Below are positions 1 to 6,967 of a stretch of 26,373 bases of DNA, piece after piece; position 1 is the stretch's first letter, and each line of letters opens with the position of its first letter. The position numbers and the translations under genes are program-made. The stretch comes from Nitrospira japonica. GTDB lineage: Bacteria; Nitrospirota; Thermodesulfovibrionia; Thermodesulfovibrionales; SM23-35. Where the stretch lies: assembly GCA_020725385.1 (NCBI GenBank), contig DYFC01000065.1:1-26373 (forward strand), read 5' to 3'. Under the pieces are notes generated by a model. It was not told the origin of the DNA. It was given only the letters and a program-made list of their open reading frames with translations, and did no database searches.

Positions 1-2718
1 ATATATGTGTCAAGCAATGCATCTCCTACGGTGGTCAACAATGACATATCAGGCAACAAACGTGGAATAGGAATATTAAGCGGCAGCAGTGGGATATATC
101 AGGGGAATACGATATCAGGCAATACGCAGTACGGAATTTATTATTCAGGCAGCACAATTCTTGATGCTACCAACAATAACTGGGGGCATCCATCTGGCCC
201 GCTTGACCCTTCAGATGATAGGGCTACAGGTGGATTATATAATCCGACAGGGCTTGGTGATAAGGTAAGTGACAAAGTAAATTATTATCCATGGACCGGA
301 ATGACTATTGGACAGACCGCAGTACCAACTGGGCTTTCAGGTGCTGCAAGTTATCAATCAATCTACCTTACTTGGAATGCCAATACAGAACCCTATCTTG
401 GTGGATATAAGATTTATTATGGCACATCATCCAACAATTACAGTAAATCGAAGATAGTCGGCATAGTCACCTCAGATACATTGACCGGCCTTACAAATGG
501 GACTCCATACTATATTGCGATTAGTTCTTTAAATTCTGTCGGAGTTGAGAGTGCAAAATCTGCTGAAATCATAGTGACGCCAAAATCTACTTTTGCACTT
601 TCTGTAACAAAATCAGGAAATGGAAGCGTTTCGGCAACAGGAATGACCTGCAACGGAGATAGTTGCGCCGGCACATATAATTACAATACACAGGTTGTCA
701 TCACAGCCATGCCGGGTGCGGGTTCGATCGTTGCATGGACTGGATGCAACTCCATTAATGGAAATCAGTGTACTGTCACTATGAACATAGATAAGACTGT
801 GACCGCAACCTTCAACTACACCGAATATCTCTTAACCGTTAGCAAATCAGGAACAGGAAATGGCAATGTTACTGATGATAAAGGCAAATTGGCTTGCAAT
901 GGTAATGCGTGCTCAGGTTCCTACGCTGTTAACACACAGATAACTCTCACAGCAGAAGCAGATGAAGGATCAGCATTTAGTGGCTGGTCGGGGATATGTA
1001 ATGGTACGGGCACATGCACTGTAACCATGGATGGTGCAAAGAGTGTTACCGCATCATTCAGTGATACAAAAGCTCCTGATTTAACCGTGTCCACACTTTC
1101 AGACGGAAGCTGGACCAATAATGAAACACTGAATATTTCAGGAACAGCTACCGACAATATGGGAGTTGAGGCGTTGACAGTGACTATTAATGAAAACCCA
1201 GTGACATTGAATCCTGATGGTACATTCAGTCATGCAATTACTCTGATAGCTGGTCCAAATACGATAAATACTATTGCCACAGACCTTGCCGGACTACAGG
1301 CAACCGACACAAGAACAATCACTTTTGATCTGACTGCTCCCTATATTGAAATAACAACACCTGCTGACAACAGCAAGACGAAACAATCAACGATTGAGGT
1401 CTCAGGCACGGTTGCTGAAAGCTCTGTCGTAGATATAAAAGTGAACGACAGCGATCCATTGCCGGCTCAAATGAATGGCAATAACTTCACCCTGACTGTC
1501 CCATTAATATATGGAATCAACACCATAGAAGTCATGGCAACAGACCTTGCGGGGAACAATTCATCATTAAAGAGGACGGTGACCTATGATGATCATGGGC
1601 CTGCTCTTTCAATTACTGAACCGGGGCAGGATGTTAAGACAAATCAGAGTAGTATGCTCATCAAAGGAACGGTAAGCGATATTACTACAGCAACTGTAAC
1701 AGTGACTCAGGGGCAGGAAGTATTTACTCCTCCTGTAACAAATGGTTCATTTGAACAGCTCATCACCTTTACAACAGAGAGGATGTATCAGATCTACATA
1801 ACAGCAACCGATGAGCTGGGTAACGAGACAACTGTCCAGAGGAACATTATCTATGATACAACTCCTCCTTCTCTCTCCCTGGATGCTGTCACAAGCCCTA
1901 CGAATCAGAATAGCCAGGTGCTGACGGGAACAGTAGAGGCAACAGCTGAAGTAACTGTTATTTGCCCGACAGCAATTGTAGGGCCGGTTAGTTATCCAAC
2001 ACAGACAACATGGACAGTGGAATTGACCAATATGGTTGAAGGTACTAATCTGATAACTGTCACGGCTATTGATGAGGCAGGAAATGTGTCCGGACAGATA
2101 GGAGTAACTATAGTCGTTGACACTATTGCTCCTGACACCATGATTACCAGTGCGCCAAGCAATCCATCAACTTCAACCTCCGCAAGCTTCAGCTTCACGT
2201 CCACAGATGGTAACTCAACCTTTCAGTGTCAGATGGACAACGGGGGATATCAACCCTGCATCAGTCCAAAGTCCTATACAAACCTTTCAATAGGAAGTCA
2301 CACATTCTATGTAATGGCAACGGATGAAGCAGGAAACATTGATCCAACTCCTGCAAGCTATACATGGACAATAACACAAGGACAAATGCCTGATCTCTCA
2401 GGCCAGTGGAAGACGCTTACGTCCAGATCCAGAGGAAGACTGATTTTAGGCAGCCTTCAGGTAACCAATTCGGGTAATGCAAACGCTGGCACTTTCTCAG
2501 TAACATACTATCTTTCAAATAATGGCATAACACCATCGAATATTCTTAGCAGCAGTACGATCGCTGGTCTTAAAGCAGGTAGGTCTAAAAAGTTAGAATT
2601 TTTCTTCAGCAAGAGTACTTCTCTTAGCGGCAAATATATTATTGCTGTCATCGATTCAGGTAATCAGGTTTCTGAATCAAATGAAAATAATAATATAGCG
2701 TCAGCAAGAATACCTTAG
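1..2718 (+). CDS. Large secreted/surface multidomain protein, 5'-truncated by the window: right-handed beta-helix repeats, FN3, 2x InlB B-repeat-like, ~5 Ig-like domains, C-terminal CARDB
   Basis: Frame is open from base 1. Beta-helix-like repeats (NNDISGN..GI, GNTISGN..YGI); FN3 signature (LTW..GYKIYYGT..LTGLTNGTPYYIA); two Cys-containing repeats ending C.VTM...K.VTA.F; repeated D..AP/ATD.AGN Ig modules; terminal V.N.G...A..F...YYLS ... D..N.V.ESNE.NN typical of CARDB. Confidence 0.85.
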   Translation: MYVSSNASPTVVNNDISGNKRGIGILSGSSGIYQGNTISGNTQYGIYYSGSTILDATNNNWGHPSGPLDPSDDRATGGLYNPTGLGDKVSDKVNYYPWTGMTIGQTAVPTGLSGAASYQSIYLTWNANTEPYLGGYKIYYGTSSNNYSKSKIVGIVTSDTLTGLTNGTPYYIAISSLNSVGVESAKSAEIIVTPKSTFALSVTKSGNGSVSATGMTCNGDSCAGTYNYNTQVVITAMPGAGSIVAWTGCNSINGNQCTVTMNIDKTVTATFNYTEYLLTVSKSGTGNGNVTDDKGKLACNGNACSGSYAVNTQITLTAEADEGSAFSGWSGICNGTGTCTVTMDGAKSVTASFSDTKAPDLTVSTLSDGSWTNNETLNISGTATDNMGVEALTVTINENPVTLNPDGTFSHAITLIAGPNTINTIATDLAGLQATDTRTITFDLTAPYIEITTPADNSKTKQSTIEVSGTVAESSVVDIKVNDSDPLPAQMNGNNFTLTVPLIYGINTIEVMATDLAGNNSSLKRTVTYDDHGPALSITEPGQDVKTNQSSMLIKGTVSDITTATVTVTQGQEVFTPPVTNGSFEQLITFTTERMYQIYITATDELGNETTVQRNIIYDTTPPSLSLDAVTSPTNQNSQVLTGTVEATAEVTVICPTAIVGPVSYPTQTTWTVELTNMVEGTNLITVTAIDEAGNVSGQIGVTIVVDTIAPDTMITSAPSNPSTSTSASFSFTSTDGNSTFQCQMDNGGYQPCISPKSYTNLSIGSHTFYVMATDEAGNIDPTPASYTWTITQGQMPDLSGQWKTLTSRSRGRLILGSLQVTNSGNANAGTFSVTYYLSNNGITPSNILSSSTIAGLKAGRSKKLEFFFSKSTSLSGKYIIAVIDSGNQVSESNENNNIASARIP

Positions 2719-2730
2719 AATTTAACAAAA

Positions 2731-2936
2731 ATGAAGATTCGGTATTTCTCAGATACAGATACAGCGTTGATTGAGTTTTCAAATGTTCCAGTTATTTAGA
2801 CCAAAGAAATATCAGAAAATCTTTACATTGACTTGGATGAAAAGGGCAATCTTTTAAGCATGACTATTGAACATGCAAAAGAAAAAGCAGGTATTTCAGA
2901 AGTCTTTTTTTACAAATGGAAAAGACAAGTGCCTAA
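2731..2936 (+). pseudogene. DUF2283-family (antitoxin-like) small protein, inactivated
   Basis: ATG at 2731 reads MKIRYFSDTDTALIEFSNVPVI*TKEISENLYIDLDEKGNLLSMTIEHAK with an in-frame TAG at 2797-2799. A probable 1-nt loss in the T-run at 2905-2911, if repaired, gives QMEKTSA* with its TAA (2934-2936) inside the attC R'' box. Confidence 0.8.
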
Positions 2937-2988
2937 CAATCCACCCCTGCGGATGGCGTTCTGCCACCGCACAGTTCAGGCGTTAGAC
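2931..2988 (+). mobile_element. attC-like integron cassette recombination site (58 bp)
   Basis: R'' GCCTAAC, 5-nt spacer, L'' ACCCCTGC, GG[A]TGGC/GCCACC stem with an extrahelical base, L' GCACAGT, 6-nt spacer, R' GTTAGAC. The L box is partly mismatched. Confidence 0.75.
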
Positions 2989-2990
2989 GT

Positions 2991-3123
2991 TGTTACCTCT
3001 CACATTAAACTGACGAAAAATTTCACATTAAATTGACAAAATATTAGAGAAAAAGAAAGAGGAATGGTTTTGTAATAATATTGTGTTTTTATGTGAAAAA
3101 TACAAACTACATACGAGAAAAAA
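2991..3123 (+). repeat. Copy 1 of a ~130 bp direct repeat resembling an IS21-family (TGT-start) transposon end
   Basis: Starts TGTTACCTCT and carries tandem CACATTAAA(C/T)TGAC boxes at 3001-3014 and 3024-3037; closely similar to 4764-4894. Confidence 0.7.
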
Positions 3124-3130
3124 GGAATTT

Positions 3131-3231
3131 GGGGTCAATTCTTTACTATTTACATAAAAGGAATTTTGGGATCGCAAGAAATCTTTTAAGTTGTATAAAA
3201 CAGAAATTGTCAATATTAAAGATTTGACCCC
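3131..3231. mobile_element. 101 bp MITE-like element with 24 bp GGGGTC terminal inverted repeats
   Basis: Left GGGGTCAATTCTTTACTATTTACA (3131-3154) versus the reverse complement of the right arm (3208-3231), GGGGTCAAATCTTTAATATTGACA: 21/24 identical. Confidence 0.7.
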
Positions 3232-3378
3232 TATTTACAACCCACAGGGTCAAAAACTAAAGAGATGTTATTTTGTTATGAAGCTGGGTCATGTGTTGTA
3301 ATCCTAATAAATATTTTTGATTCTTTTCCAATTTAGTTGCCTCAGAGCTCTTTTTAACACTTTTGCAAAAACTTTCTG

Positions 3379-3406
3379 TGTTATTCCTGCGAAAGCAGGA
3401 ATCCAG
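3379..3406 (+). repeat. REP-like palindrome (GTCATTCC.GCGAAAGC.GGAATCCAG type)
   Basis: TGTTATTCCTGCGAAAGCAGGAATCCAG: perfect 8-bp stem ATTCCTGC/GCAGGAAT with a GAAA loop. Confidence 0.8.
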
Positions 3407-3411
3407 TTTCT

Positions 3412-3693
3412 TTACATGGTCTCATATAAGTCTATCCAACTTGGGATTTTTTTCAATCAACTGTAACTTCCAATCCCTTTTCCATTTCTTTATCTGTTTT
3501 TCTCTTGTAGTAGCTAACTATATAGATTCATATATTTCATACCACACAAGTCTATGAACACCGTATTTTCTGGTAAAACCTTCAATAAATCCATTTTATG
3601 TTCATATATCCCTTTAATAATGTCAGATGTAATACATATATATAAAGTTACGTTGCGTTTACTGCAAAGAATATAAACATAAATTTTTCGTAT
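3412..3693 (-). pseudogene. Stand-alone GIY-YIG nuclease (UPF0213-like) pseudogene
   Basis: Joining frames gives YVYILCSKRNVTLYICITSDIIKGIYEHK / IEGFTRKYGVHRLVWYEIYESI*LATTREKQIKKWKRDWKLQLIE / PSWIDLYETM*. There are two frameshifts and an internal stop, and the conserved G and R positions are mutated. Confidence 0.85.
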
Positions 3694-3698
3694 TTTTC

Positions 3699-3753
3699 GG
3701 GATTCCCGCTCCCCGATTAAGAACCTCGAGGACAAGCTTCGCGTGAATAACAG
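3699..3753 (-). repeat. REP-like palindrome in inverted orientation, with a second hairpin inserted in its loop
   Basis: Outer arms ATTCCCGC (3702-3709) / GCGTGAAT (3741-3748) followed by AACA; inner arms TCCCCGA (3710-3716) / TCGAGGA (3726-3732). Confidence 0.7.
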
Positions 3754-3924
3754 TTTGTTCATTTATTCAGCAACTTTTCGGGAGAAGAACCAGAATAATT
3801 AATATTTATAACAATTGCATGGTTAAAAAATTTAATCTTTTTGTATATGATAAAAAAATTCCTAAGATTTACAGCGTTGGTTTTTTAATTCGCCAAAGAT
3901 TTCAATTATGAGTTAAAATAGATT

Positions 3925-4164
3925 ATGAGTCCGACAATTTTTAGAGAAAAAGGGTACCGGTTCTATTTCTTCTCACGTGAAGAGGCACGCAGACACGTTC
4001 ATGTCATATGCCCTGACGGAGAGGCAAAATATTGGTTAGAACCCGAAATTGAATTGGCGATAAACCATAAGTTATCTCGGGTTCAATTGAAAGAAATTGA
4101 AAACTTGATAGAGGTGCATTATAATGAGTTCAAAAACGCTTGGGAAAAACATTTCGGCAGTTGA
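3925..4164 (+). CDS. DUF4160 domain protein (putative toxin of a TA-like pair)
   Basis: MSPTIFREKGYRFYFFSREE..HVHV...GEAKYWLEP ... AWEKHFG pattern typical of DUF4160. Confidence 0.85.
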   Translation: MSPTIFREKGYRFYFFSREEARRHVHVICPDGEAKYWLEPEIELAINHKLSRVQLKEIENLIEVHYNEFKNAWEKHFGS

Positions 4165-4384
4165 GATTACAAATATTTCAAGCAATGGCGTATGGCTTTT
4201 AACTGGAGACAAAGAATTATTTATGTCCTATGAAGACTTTCCATGGTTTAAAGATGCTCCAGTTGGAAAAATTCTTAATGTTGAGGAGCCACGTGAGGGA
4301 CATTTCTACTGGCCAGAGTTGGATGTAGATCTCACTGTTGAGATAATAGAACATCCTGAAAGATTTCCATTAAAAGCAAAATAG
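4124..4384 (+). CDS. DUF2442 domain protein (putative antitoxin partner)
   Basis: FPWFKDA...I.NVE...GHFYWPELDVDL motif typical of DUF2442; overlaps the DUF4160 gene by 41 nt. Confidence 0.85.
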   Translation: MSSKTLGKNISAVEITNISSNGVWLLTGDKELFMSYEDFPWFKDAPVGKILNVEEPREGHFYWPELDVDLTVEIIEHPERFPLKAK

Positions 4385-4385
4385 C

Positions 4386-4458
4386 ACATAACGAATCGCT
4401 CAACACCGATGCTTATTACGCTCCGCTTCATTCGCACGGGTTAGCTTGGTCATTAGGT
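4386..4458 (+). mobile_element. attC-like site (73 bp) with a mutated crossover base
   Basis: R'' ACATAAC 1 nt after the DUF2442 stop; 5-nt spacer; GCT[C]AAC pairs with GTTAGC (canonical extrahelical base); CCG[A]TGC pairs with GCACGG; 6-nt spacer; R' is ATTAGGT instead of GTTRRRY. Confidence 0.75.
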
Positions 4459-4486
4459 GCAAAATACTAAATGAGGGAACACAAGA

Positions 4487-4763
4487 ATGAATTTTATTAA
4501 GAAGAAAATTGCATCGTGGGAGATTAAACACGGCCAAATTGCTATTTCAGACAAAGATTTATGATATAGGAAAAAATTATTCAAAGATTATATCAGAACG
4601 ACTTTTACTATAGAAACATTTGCAGGCAAATTTTCAAATAAACATTTCCTCGATGCTGGATGGTGCCTTAAATTAGCATGCAAGCCTTTCTTTGGACAAC
4701 TTTAGACGATGATATAATTTATTCAACCATTTACTCGAGACGCTATTAAAATTTCTAAGGAAG
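4487..4763 (+). pseudogene. Decayed ORF of unknown function at the position of a next gene cassette, cut off by repeat copy 2
   Basis: GAGGG RBS-like sequence, then ATG at 4487: MNFIKKKIASWEIKHGQIAISDKDL*YRKKLFKDYIRTTFTIETFAGKFSNKHFLDAGWCLKLACKPFFGQL*, with stops at 4562 and 4703. Confidence 0.5.
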
Positions 4764-4894
4764 TGTTACCTCTCACTTTAAACTGACGAAAAATTTCACA
4801 TTAAATTGACCAAAATATTAGAAAAAACAAAGATGAAGGTATAGTAATAACCTTGTGGTTTTATGTGAAAAATATAAACCACGTACGAGTAAAA
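4764..4894 (+). repeat. Copy 2 of the IS21-like end direct repeat
   Basis: TGTTACCTCTCACTTTAAACTGACGAAAAATTTCACATTAAATTGAC matches 2991-3037 with one mismatch; looser similarity continues to ~4894. Confidence 0.7.
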
Positions 4895-4974
4895 CAGTGG
4901 AAGTCGTAATTGTGCCTGATTTTCAATAAGTTATACACGATACATCCGATAGTTTTTTAAAGGAACTTTCGTAA

Positions 4975-5004
4975 TAGATACCACGATCAAGTCGTGGTAT
5001 GACA
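4975..5004 (-). repeat. REP/RPE-like palindrome
   Basis: TAGATACCACGATCAAGTCGTGGTATGACA: perfect 9-bp stem ATACCACGA/TCGTGGTAT, TCAAG loop, terminal ATGAC tag. Confidence 0.75.
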
Positions 5005-5013
5005 GAATATACT

Positions 5014-5091
5014 TAATTCTCTGGTCAAAGTTTATCCTCTGGCTTACTTGTCCGCCTTTGTTTGGCGGAACCAGATGTCTGGAGAATGACA
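5014..5091 (-). repeat. Triply nested palindromic element
   Basis: Outer ATTCTCTGG (5016-5024) / CTGGAGAAT+GAC (5079-5090); middle TCTGG (5038-5042) / CCAGA (5071-5075); inner TCCGCC (5051-5056) / GGCGGA (5064-5069). Confidence 0.65.
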
Positions 5092-5165
5092 ATCTGACAG
5101 TTTACAATTTACTTTTTACGTTTTATGCTATTTGAACAATGTCTGTTCTTTCGGGTTAATAAAAA

Positions 5166-6044
5166 ATGAATGATATATGGATTTTGATGTCAATAATTTC
5201 TGCTTTTAGTCTTGCAACTGCAGATGCTTTTACAAAAAAAGCATTAGCTGATAGCAATGATTATCTTGTCGCAATGTTTAGACTTATATTTTCCTTGCCA
5301 ATACTTATTATAGCTTTACTTTTTGTGCCTATACCGCCTGTTGATAATATGTTCTTTAAAGCAATTCTTATTGCACTGCCTCTTGAAATAATAGCATTTG
5401 TGTTATATATAAAAGCACTTAAAATATCGCCAATGAGTCTTACATTACCTTTCTTATCACTTACTCCTGTTTTTCTGATTTTCGTTTCCTTTATCATTCT
5501 TGGTGAAAAAGTATCCTTGCAGGGAGCAATAGGAATATTATGTATTGCTTTTGGAAGTTATGTCCTTAATTTACACGAGGTAAAAAATGGTTTCACAGCA
5601 CCTTTAAGAGCAATCCTTAAGGAAAAGGGCTCTATTTTGATGATTATCACTGCTATTATTTATAGTATTACCTCCGCATTAGGTAAAATGGCAATTATTC
5701 ATTCTTCTGCTTTATTTTTTGGAGCAAGTTATTTTATATTGGTCACTATTGTATTTTCATTTATAGTTCTGTTAAAAGAAAGAAAAGAGGTAAAAAACTT
5801 TATTTCTGAGGGCAAATATATTTCTCTTATATTTCCTGGAATTTGCCAGTCAATTATGGTTATCTCACATATGATTGCGATAAGCATTGCTAAAGTTGCA
5901 TATATGATTTCTCTTAAAAGGACAAGCCTTTTAATTGGTGTTATCTATGGATATTTTTTATTTAAAGAAAAACATATAAAAGAACGACTTTCAGGAGCTT
6001 TATTGATGTTTGCTGGATTTGTGCTAATAGTTACAGCTACATAA
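5166..6044 (+). CDS. EamA/DMT family transporter
   Basis: 292 aa, about 10 hydrophobic segments in two repeats, with ILGEK and LFKEK motifs. Confidence 0.88.
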   Translation: MNDIWILMSIISAFSLATADAFTKKALADSNDYLVAMFRLIFSLPILIIALLFVPIPPVDNMFFKAILIALPLEIIAFVLYIKALKISPMSLTLPFLSLTPVFLIFVSFIILGEKVSLQGAIGILCIAFGSYVLNLHEVKNGFTAPLRAILKEKGSILMIITAIIYSITSALGKMAIIHSSALFFGASYFILVTIVFSFIVLLKERKEVKNFISEGKYISLIFPGICQSIMVISHMIAISIAKVAYMISLKRTSLLIGVIYGYFLFKEKHIKERLSGALLMFAGFVLIVTAT

Positions 6045-6097
6045 AAGATTTATGCCAGCTGATAATAAATTCAATAATACTTAAGATATATCGTTAA

Positions 6098-6952
6098 ATG
6101 AGGTCCTTAATCAAAATAAATAAAGTAAAAAATATTCTTGAGAATCATGGTATTCAGGATGCGTCGAGGGAAGCAGAATTAATAGTTTCTTTTAGCTTAA
6201 AAAAAGATAGAATTATTATTTACAGAGATGACCCTGACATTTTACCCGGGACTGAAAAAGACATAGATAACATAGTCTCAAGAAGAATTAAAAGAGAACC
6301 CCTACAATATATAATAGGTTTTACTGATTTTTATGGTCTAAAAATAAAAGTAATACACGGAGTACTTATTCCAAGACCAGAAACAGAGTTGCTTGTTGAG
6401 GAATCAATTAAAATAATAAAAAATATCAGAAATAATGAAATTAAGGTACTTGATTTATGTACAGGTACAGGATGCATAGCTATTGCGATAGCAAAATATT
6501 TTCCTGATATTATTGTTTATGGGACTGATATATCTAATAATGCCATTGAATGTGCCCGGGAAAATGCTGAAATAAATCAGATTAGTAATACAATTTTTAT
6601 AGCAGGAAATCTTTTTGAACCTTTCAAAGAAACAATTTTATTTGATATTATAATCTCTAATCCTCCATATATTAAAACTTCTGAAATAGATAATCTTCAG
6701 CCAGAGATAAGCAAATGGGAACCCCGTGAGGCACTTAACGGAGGAAAGGATGGTCTTGACTATTACAGAAAAATATTAAAACTGGCAAAAAATTACCTTA
6801 AACCAAACGGTTTTATTCTTTTTGAAACAGGAGAGGGTCAGGCCGAACAAATAGCAAAAATTGCAGAAGAAAAAAACTACAGTATATATTCAATAAAAAA
6901 GGATTATTCTGGAATTGAACGTATTCTAATAATAAAATTAAAAAAGAATTAA
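6098..6952 (+). CDS. prmC: Release factor glutamine methyltransferase
   Basis: EPLQYIIG, VLIPRPETE, DLCTGTGCIA and SNPPY motifs. Confidence 0.96.
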   Translation: MRSLIKINKVKNILENHGIQDASREAELIVSFSLKKDRIIIYRDDPDILPGTEKDIDNIVSRRIKREPLQYIIGFTDFYGLKIKVIHGVLIPRPETELLVEESIKIIKNIRNNEIKVLDLCTGTGCIAIAIAKYFPDIIVYGTDISNNAIECARENAEINQISNTIFIAGNLFEPFKETILFDIIISNPPYIKTSEIDNLQPEISKWEPREALNGGKDGLDYYRKILKLAKNYLKPNGFILFETGEGQAEQIAKIAEEKNYSIYSIKKDYSGIERILIIKLKKN

Positions 6953-6967
6953 GAAGGGAAATTATAT

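Noticed and set aside
2833-3036. 67-aa ORF from the track
   Set aside because: It is the second half of the DUF2283 pseudogene reading out of frame through the attC site and the IS-like repeat.
3363-3762. ORFs 3363-3557 (+) and 3514-3762 (-) as intact genes
   Set aside because: One is the antisense shadow and the other a frameshifted fragment of the GIY-YIG pseudogene extended through a palindrome.
2931-5091. CRISPR array
   Set aside because: The repeats are heterogeneous and irregularly spaced, with no constant repeat-spacer period and no cas genes.
2719-5165. Active integron or autonomous IS
   Set aside because: No tyrosine recombinase, DDE or Y1 transposase ORF or recognisable fragment is visible in the window.
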